Of a stretch of 32,066 nt of DNA, positions 24,374 through 32,066 are shown one piece after another. The stretch spans positions 1 to 32,066 of the forward strand of contig DAOVSZ010000002.1 of the NCBI GenBank assembly GCA_030627725.1. The letters are read 5' to 3'. The position numbers were made by a program, and so were the translations under genes. This DNA comes from Desulfobulbaceae bacterium (GTDB lineage Bacteria; Desulfobacterota; Desulfobulbia; Desulfobulbales; DAOVSZ01). The notes below the pieces were generated by a model. That model was not told the origin of the DNA. It did not search any database and worked only from the letters and a program-made list of their open reading frames with translations. Numbering within the stretch: the first letter of the stretch is position 1; the number at the start of each line of letters is the position of its first letter.

Positions 24374-26311
24374 TCACTCCACCGCCTCAATTTCAACCCG
24401 GCGATTGGTTTTTCTGCCCTCAGAGGTTTTATTATCTGCAATGGGATTTTCAGGCCCCAGGCCCCGGGATCTTATTCTCGAAGAACCGACACCTTTGCCA
24501 ACAAGATATCCTTTAACAATATTCGCCCGAAATCCGGAAAGACGCTGATTGTAGTTCAATACCCCGGTGTTATCCGTATACCCCGTTATAATGATTCTGA
24601 GATGAGGATGTTGGTCCATCAGCTCGGCAAGCCGGTTCAGAGTTGCAAATGCTTCATTTGTAGGATAGTTCGTATTAAAATTGAACTGGATAATAATTTT
24701 TGAAAAATCATAAGAAGGAGGAGGTCCGGATTCTGTTTTCACAGAGTCTCCGGTTTTAAGCCTTTTTTCTCCCAATGCACTCCCCTCTTCAGGAGGCATG
24801 GCAACGGGCATATCATCGACGCCTTGCTGCGGTTCTTCCTGCTGAAATGATGCAAGATTTTGTCGGTCTCGCGAAGAACGCGAGACCGACGCGTTAACCG
24901 TCTCTATCTTATTGAAATCATTGGAGACAAATCTAGCGTTTTCGACTTTTTTCCCGCCTGCATTTTTTTGACCGATCTCAACAGGATCGGCAGATTCCTG
25001 CATCATTTCAGGTGCGGCAGCAGGAGAGCTCTGCCGATCGGAAGCCGCCTCTTCCGGAGGGGAAAGAGGAGTAGATTCTTTGTATATGCCCAAGGTTTGC
25101 GCATAATCAGTAACACGTATAATCAACGTATCCCGTGTGTCCGCATCATAGACGAGATATCCTCCTGACAAAAGAACGAGAAGAACACCCAGAACAAGAA
25201 ATCTGCCCATCCCCAAACGCAAAGGCCCCTGGTCCACATCGAAATTCGACAATGCTTCCGGACCCTGCTCTTTCCGTTCGATTTCTCCCTCAGCATGGGC
25301 GGCACCGGGCTCTTTTTCAGAAGCGCTCCCACTATCATGCCGGTCATTCTGAACAGACGGCGCACGCTCTTGAAAAGCAGGTTGCAGGACCTGAGCATTC
25401 CGTGGTTCTCCGGCCGCCTCCAGGGCAGCAGAACGAGCCTTCCCGACTCCGGGTCGTCCAGCTTGCCTGTCGGAGATTCCGTTCTTCTTCACTGCTCTCC
25501 TGGCCGGCCTGAATATCTCCAGTTCTTCCGCACATTCCTCCACAATCTCAGGGGTTATTGTCCGCACGTCCTCCACATAGCCGGTCAACAGCGAACGATC
25601 ACAAAGCACATTGATGCGGCGGGGGTATCCATGGGTACAGGAAAAAAGAGCGCCAACAGCCTCTTTGGAGAAAATTCTCTTCTCTGTTCCCGCGGTCTTC
25701 AGTCGATAGCTGATATACTCGGCGATTTCCTCCTCCGTCAGGGGATCAATATTAAAATTAACTGTTATCCTCTGACGGATCGCCCTGTTCCTCTCTTCCA
25801 GGATGAGGTCGTTGAACTCATGCTGACCGACGAAAAAGATATTTATCAGCTTGCTCTCCATCCTTTCAAGATTGGAGAGGAGACGAATTTCTTCAAGAAG
25901 TTCGGAGGTGAGACGCTGCGCCTCGTCAATGATAAGAAGGACCTTCTTGCCGTTGGCGTGCGCGTTGTGAAGAAACTTACTGAAATGAACGAGAAAGGAT
26001 CCCTTGTTTGAAAACTCCCTGTTTATGTCAAAGCTGGCGGCAATAAAATTAAAAAGATCCAGATGATCCAGGCCCGGGTCCGGCACCGTAGCGACGATAA
26101 CCTCTTTACCCAGACTGTTCAAAAGGGCGTTGATGAGCGTTGTCTTTCCCGTCCCCACATCACCGGTGAGCAGAAGGAATCCCATGTTGCCCAGGATTCC
26201 GTATTTGAGCGTGGCAAGGGCCTCCTGGTGTTTTTCACCAAGCCACAGAAACTTAGGGTCCGTGCTTATCTCAAATGGTTTTATTTTTAAGTTGAAGTGG
26301 GAAAGATACAT
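24374..26311 (-). CDS. ExeA/MshM-like AAA+ ATPase fused through one TM helix to a periplasmic OmpA-like peptidoglycan-binding domain
   Basis: 645 aa. The N-terminal ~270 aa have Walker A LTGDVGTGKTT and Walker B LLIIDEAQ, resembling ExeA/GspA. A Pro/Glu/Ser-rich linker follows, then a TM segment FLVLGVLLVLLSGGYLVY. The C-terminus is OmpA_C-like: ITGYTDNTG..YNQRLS..RA..V..YL...G......GLGPENPIA........NRRVEIE. Confidence 0.8.
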   Translation of the reverse strand: MYLSHFNLKIKPFEISTDPKFLWLGEKHQEALATLKYGILGNMGFLLLTGDVGTGKTTLINALLNSLGKEVIVATVPDPGLDHLDLFNFIAASFDINREFSNKGSFLVHFSKFLHNAHANGKKVLLIIDEAQRLTSELLEEIRLLSNLERMESKLINIFFVGQHEFNDLILEERNRAIRQRITVNFNIDPLTEEEIAEYISYRLKTAGTEKRIFSKEAVGALFSCTHGYPRRINVLCDRSLLTGYVEDVRTITPEIVEECAEELEIFRPARRAVKKNGISDRQAGRPGVGKARSAALEAAGEPRNAQVLQPAFQERAPSVQNDRHDSGSASEKEPGAAHAEGEIERKEQGPEALSNFDVDQGPLRLGMGRFLVLGVLLVLLSGGYLVYDADTRDTLIIRVTDYAQTLGIYKESTPLSPPEEAASDRQSSPAAAPEMMQESADPVEIGQKNAGGKKVENARFVSNDFNKIETVNASVSRSSRDRQNLASFQQEEPQQGVDDMPVAMPPEEGSALGEKRLKTGDSVKTESGPPPSYDFSKIIIQFNFNTNYPTNEAFATLNRLAELMDQHPHLRIIITGYTDNTGVLNYNQRLSGFRANIVKGYLVGKGVGSSRIRSRGLGPENPIADNKTSEGRKTNRRVEIEAVE

Positions 26312-26319
26312 AGAAATTC

Positions 26320-27039
26320 TTATTTTCTGCCATATTCCTTTAATGCAGAAAGAAAGGGACCGAACAGTTCCTCATTTTCCCGCATCCCTTTCCGAAGGAT
26401 AAGATCCATGTGGCCGAGTTCAGTATCATTCACGACGAGATTGGCGCTGTACGCAAGTGCCTCAAGATCGTAAAGGGTATGAAATTCCGGCCCGACAAGA
26501 ACGTAATACATATATCTCCGCTTGGACATGGCAAGACCGCTTACATAGGTGTGAAAGGTAGACTTCTCAAGACCTCCCTCCTCTAGTATCGTATGGTAAA
26601 CGACCGCGGCATAGTTCACAAAACGCATCTTTTCAATCGCGTCTTCTGCTGATTCCGCATAAATCGACTGATAGCCGATCCCCTCAAGCGCCTCACTTAC
26701 ATGATGTCTCTCAGGACTATCATTCATGAGGATAAGGACCATTGGAACATCTTCAATAACGTCCTTTTCCTCAAAGGCCCCGCTGGAAAGCCAGCCAAGG
26801 TCAGGCGCTTTGGGTGGGGCTACGTGTGTGTCCTGGGCCAAAGCTGCAGCGGGAGGGGGTGATGGCGTTTCACCGGCGGATTTTCCATCAGCATCAAGTT
26901 CAATCGGCTGCTGGCAGTTGGGGCAACCCAATTTCAGAAATTTTCCCGGCTGCAGGGCTACCAGGGCGTTCTCAACTTTTGCAAGCTGGGCTTCATTCAA
27001 ATTAAGGTCTTTTTTGCAATGCGGGCACTGGGATAACAT
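26320..27039 (-). CDS. Zinc-ribbon protein with a C-terminal receiver-like (pseudo-REC) domain
   Basis: 239 aa. The N-terminus has CPHC..(32)..CPNC. A Pro-rich linker follows. The (beta-alpha)5-like segment MVLILMNDSPE..AEDAIEKM..YAAVVYHT lacks an Asp at the expected phospho-acceptor position. It is tightly packed between the PilT-like and ExeA-like genes (gaps of 21 and 8 nt). Confidence 0.6.
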   Translation of the reverse strand: MLSQCPHCKKDLNLNEAQLAKVENALVALQPGKFLKLGCPNCQQPIELDADGKSAGETPSPPPAAALAQDTHVAPPKAPDLGWLSSGAFEEKDVIEDVPMVLILMNDSPERHHVSEALEGIGYQSIYAESAEDAIEKMRFVNYAAVVYHTILEEGGLEKSTFHTYVSGLAMSKRRYMYYVLVGPEFHTLYDLEALAYSANLVVNDTELGHMDLILRKGMRENEELFGPFLSALKEYGRK

Positions 27040-27060
27040 CCTCTGTTCCTCCGAGATTTT

Positions 27061-28230
27061 CTAGAAATAATCTTCCTCTTCTTCAGGCTCCATTTTCAAC
27101 CCGGTGATGCCGGTCGTTGATTCACCTCTGGAAGCTTTCAGCTGGTCAAGACCACGGCCGATGGCGCTCTTTCTGGATCCATACGACATGGCGGTCTCTT
27201 CAGTGACAATCCCCTCTGAATACAACTGCAGAATATGCTGGTCAAACGTCTGCATGGCCTGGGCGGAACCGCTTTCGATCATCTCATAGAACGTTTTTCC
27301 CTCACTTTCACCGTGGAGTATGGCATCCTTGATTCGAAGGTTCATACCCATGACTTCAATTGCCGCCACCCGGCCGCCGCCGACCTTGGGCATCAGTCTC
27401 TGGCCGACAATCCAGCGGATGGTGTCTACCAGACGGTTCCGGATCTGGGCCTGCTCCTCCTGGTCAAAAAAACCGAGAATACGATTGATTGTCTGGCCTG
27501 CGTCAACAGTATGCAGGGTGCTAAAAACCAGATGCCCTGTCTCAGCCGCGGAAAGCCCGATCTCCATGGTTTCACGGTCACGCATCTCACCGACCAGAAT
27601 TACCTTGGGCGCCTGCCTGAGAGCGGCCCTGAGGCCTGAGGCAAAGGAATCAAAGTCATTTCCCAGCTCCCTCTGGTTGAATGTCGCCTTTTTATGGGGA
27701 TGCACGAACTCGATGGGGTCTTCCAGGGTCACAACATGGACAGCATTATCCAGGTTGATTCGGTCCAGAAGAGCGGCAAGGGTTGTTGATTTACCTGAAC
27801 CGGTGGCGCCTGTGACCAGGACAATACCGTTTAACTCCTTGGCCATTTTTCGAAAAACCTTCGGCATATTCAATTGTTCAAGAGTGGGGATGGTTGTTTC
27901 CAGTTTTCTGAGAATGGTGGTAAGATTCATCTTCTGAGAAAAAATATTGACCCTGAAACGCGCTTTTCTTTCCAGCCAGTAGGAAAGATCGCAGGACCCT
28001 CTCGAGACAAGATCTTCCAGCAGGCGTTTGTTGCCGCCAATGATATTCAACGCAAAAAGCTCTGACTGAAACGGTGTCAGTTCCTTTACCGGAGGCCGCA
28101 CGGAAACGGGCTGCAACACCCCTGAAGACTCCACCTGAAGAGGTTTTCCCACAGTAATATTCAGATCGGAGACATTCCCATAGGTCTCAAGCATACAGGA
28201 AATCCAATAGTCAATATCCGGTTGTTTCAT
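27061..28230 (-). CDS. PilT/PilU-family type IV pilus retraction-type ATPase
   Basis: 389 aa from the ATG at 28230 (MKQPDIDYW..), with GGGAGGA 5-6 nt upstream. The ORF opens at 28299. It has Walker A GATGSGKSTT, Walker B ILVGEMRD and the His box LVFSTLHT. The PilT AIRNLIRE motif is degenerate (LRIKDAILHGE). About 40 aa of acidic C-terminal tail are extra. Confidence 0.85.
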   Translation of the reverse strand: MKQPDIDYWISCMLETYGNVSDLNITVGKPLQVESSGVLQPVSVRPPVKELTPFQSELFALNIIGGNKRLLEDLVSRGSCDLSYWLERKARFRVNIFSQKMNLTTILRKLETTIPTLEQLNMPKVFRKMAKELNGIVLVTGATGSGKSTTLAALLDRINLDNAVHVVTLEDPIEFVHPHKKATFNQRELGNDFDSFASGLRAALRQAPKVILVGEMRDRETMEIGLSAAETGHLVFSTLHTVDAGQTINRILGFFDQEEQAQIRNRLVDTIRWIVGQRLMPKVGGGRVAAIEVMGMNLRIKDAILHGESEGKTFYEMIESGSAQAMQTFDQHILQLYSEGIVTEETAMSYGSRKSAIGRGLDQLKASRGESTTGITGLKMEPEEEEDYF

Positions 28231-28330
28231 TGCTGTCCTCCCTGATTCCGGTCTGGCTCTGACCGATATACGAGTCGGCGCGACTACGCCGCTATGCATA
28301 AAAAAACATCACCTAATATTACCAGATCAT

Positions 28331-28358
28331 TGTATAACGGTGTTTAAAAAAGATGCAA
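28331..28358 (-). promoter_or_regulatory. Possible sigma-70 promoter for the PilT-like operon
   Basis: On the minus strand, TTGCAT (28358-28353), a 16-nt spacer, then TATACA (28336-28331). It lies between the mltA stop and the PilT-like start. Confidence 0.3.
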
Positions 28359-28370
28359 TAAAGAAATATT

Positions 28371-29597
28371 TCAGAAATGTTGGCGACTCTTTTTTTTCAC
28401 AAAAAAATAAAGCCGGCCGGGCTCTTTCATCAGGCCTGCCGCATGCCCGGCAGAGGCGCCGTTTCCCAGGAAGATATCAATTCGCCCTGCTCCCTTAATG
28501 GCAGACCCGCTGTCCTGATTCAAGACAAACCTTGAAAATGGCTTCATGCCGACAGGCCTTCCCTGATCATCCATCGCAGGGATTTTGGTCTGCAGAAACC
28601 CAAGGGCGCCGGCAGGAAAGCACCTCTGATCAAGGGCCACTGAGCGGCCGGCGGTCAGGTGCTCTCCGATACTGCCGACAGGGCCGCTGGAACCGAAAAA
28701 GCCTCCATCATCACGCCACTGAAAAAAGATAAACCGGGCGTTGTGATGGAAGATTTCCTCCTGCTCGTCCGGATGATCTTTCAAGTACCGGATAATCCGA
28801 GGCATGTCCACTTCCTCAAGGCTCATTTTACCTCTTGCAACAAGCAGGCGGCCGATGCTGCTGTATTCCAGACCGTTATCTCCCGCATACCCGACCCCTC
28901 TTATGGCGCCGGAAGGAAGTCTGATTCGCCCGGAGCCCTGAATATGGAGAATAAACGCATCAATCGGGTCTTCAAGAAAAACGAGTTCCTGCCCATGAAG
29001 TTTGCCTTCCTTCTCTATCCGGGCCCGTGACCAGTAGGGAACCTGCTTGCCGGCTTCCATCCTGTATACCTTTTTGGGATGTTTTCCCGACGCGGCGAGT
29101 TTGACCAGATCAGATGGCACTGTATAGAGCGGGTACAGATAGGGAGGCCTTTTCTCCAGACTTCCGTTTAACACAGGTTCGTAGTAGCCGGTTACGAGCA
29201 CCTCGCCGGAATCCGCAGCGCCGACTGCCCGATAAATATCAAAATTCTCATAAATCAGCCGGGTGAGCCCCACATGAGAATGCCTTTCCTGCAAAAGATA
29301 ACTGAAAATAAACAGGGAGTTTTTCAAGTGGGCTGCTGTAAAATCGTTCTCTCCAAAGTGGAAGGACCGGTCTTCAGGAATCTTTGACAGATAATTCAGG
29401 CTGCGGGCAATACCGATTTTGAGAGATACAAGAGAAAAATTATCCCGAAACACAGGGCGCTTCGTTTCCGGAATTTTACGTAACCCAGGTTCACTGCAGC
29501 CAAAGGCCTGCATACCTTGAAACGGCCGTATGAAAAAAAGGCAGGAATAAAATAAAATGAAAATAAATGCGGTCCTTACGATCAGCCTGATACGCAT
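28371..29597 (-). CDS. mltA: Membrane-bound lytic murein transglycosylase A
   Basis: The MltA-domain and 3D-domain pattern includes VTGYYEP, ..FFxxxG.. and the C-terminal QDSGSAIKGAGRIDIFLGNG. The hydrophobic N-terminus begins at the ATG at 29597 (MRIRLIVRTAFIFILF). The ORF opens at a GTG at 29645 with no SD, so the start is uncertain. Confidence 0.85.
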   Translation of the reverse strand: MRIRLIVRTAFIFILFYSCLFFIRPFQGMQAFGCSEPGLRKIPETKRPVFRDNFSLVSLKIGIARSLNYLSKIPEDRSFHFGENDFTAAHLKNSLFIFSYLLQERHSHVGLTRLIYENFDIYRAVGAADSGEVLVTGYYEPVLNGSLEKRPPYLYPLYTVPSDLVKLAASGKHPKKVYRMEAGKQVPYWSRARIEKEGKLHGQELVFLEDPIDAFILHIQGSGRIRLPSGAIRGVGYAGDNGLEYSSIGRLLVARGKMSLEEVDMPRIIRYLKDHPDEQEEIFHHNARFIFFQWRDDGGFFGSSGPVGSIGEHLTAGRSVALDQRCFPAGALGFLQTKIPAMDDQGRPVGMKPFSRFVLNQDSGSAIKGAGRIDIFLGNGASAGHAAGLMKEPGRLYFFVKKKSRQHF

Positions 29598-29816
29598 GAT
29601 TGGCGCCCGTAATTCATCTAACTTGTTTATATTAAAAAAGATCACCGGAAAAGGATTATAAAGCCTGCGCTGTTATTTCTCAAATGAAAATAATCCCGCA
29701 TAAACGGGGTCGAACAAATTTCTGGAATTACGAATTATAATCCACTACACTTAAAAAAATAAGGAATGGGAAATAAATAACTTGAACCCAATGAGCTGAG
29801 GAATTGCGTTTTTTCC

Positions 29817-29845
29817 TTGACCATTAAATCGGATATGCGTAGTTT
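29817..29845 (+). promoter_or_regulatory. Possible sigma-70 promoter for acs
   Basis: TTGACC (29817-29822), a 17-nt spacer, then TAGTTT (29840-29845), about 40 nt upstream of the acs ATG. Confidence 0.3.
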
Positions 29846-29884
29846 TACTCACTTAACAATTAATGTATTTTTTTGGAGGGCATT

Positions 29885-31876
<1,992 letters not shown>

Positions 31877-31928
31877 ATATCTCTCGCAGAGAGCGCAGAG
31901 TCACAGAGAAAACCATAAAATAAAAAAA

Positions 31929-31959
31929 GGAGCCGGGAAAAACCGGCTCCTTTTTTTTA
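31929..31959 (+). terminator. Intrinsic terminator after acs
   Basis: GGAGCCGG (31929-31936), loop GAAAAA, CCGGCTCC (31943-31950), then T9 (31951-31959). Confidence 0.85.
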
Positions 31960-32066
31960 TTGGAGATGGAAACGAGGGAAAAACAACAAACTCCATAAAA
32001 AAAATATACGACCGCAGATGCCGGAAATGTTCACAAGAAATGCAGACGAATATAGATACGCTTTTA

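Overview
This is a 32-kb segment that looks chromosomal. It carries about 27 protein genes, mostly on the minus strand. I saw no rRNA, tRNA, CRISPR array, transposase or integrase by eye. The gene content includes a sigma-54 enhancer-binding regulator, PilZ/GGDEF c-di-GMP proteins, type IV pilus parts, a YedE-TusA-DsrE sulfur-relay operon, TrkAH and Acs. That mix resembles a sulfur-cycling Desulfobacterota (Desulfobulbales-like) genome, but the taxon is inference only.

Layout, left to right:
- SH3b fragment and a membrane polyferredoxin
- Two tandem PilZ-only genes
- A 456-aa acidic protein with a CheW-like C-terminus
- pilD, an NtrC-type regulator and a PAS-GGDEF cyclase (plus strand)
- mnmG, trkH, trkA
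- FmdB-like zinc ribbon, uppP, a small secreted protein and a TlpA-like redoxin
- An MFS (DHA2) transporter
- A FliK-C-like protein and a REC-GAF histidine kinase
- A five-gene YedE/TusA/DsrE-like operon
- A 110-aa hypothetical, a J-domain protein and plsY
- An operon encoding an ExeA-like AAA+/OmpA fusion, a zinc-ribbon pseudo-receiver and a PilT-like ATPase, then mltA
- acs

The most notable observations are:
1. The compact sulfur-relay ('YTD'-type) operon, with two uncharacterised small proteins, its own promoter, a TGAATCA repeat operator candidate and a terminator.
2. An orphan operon of a PilT-like ATPase, a Zn-ribbon pseudo-receiver and an ExeA-AAA+/TM/OmpA fusion, with no pilin, secretin or platform genes.
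3. Three intergenic long imperfect palindromes of 130-150 nt. Two of them share a conserved core, so they may be a MITE-like or structured-RNA family.

Nothing here is demonstrably a new system from sequence alone. All functional claims come from motif-level reading of the supplied translations.
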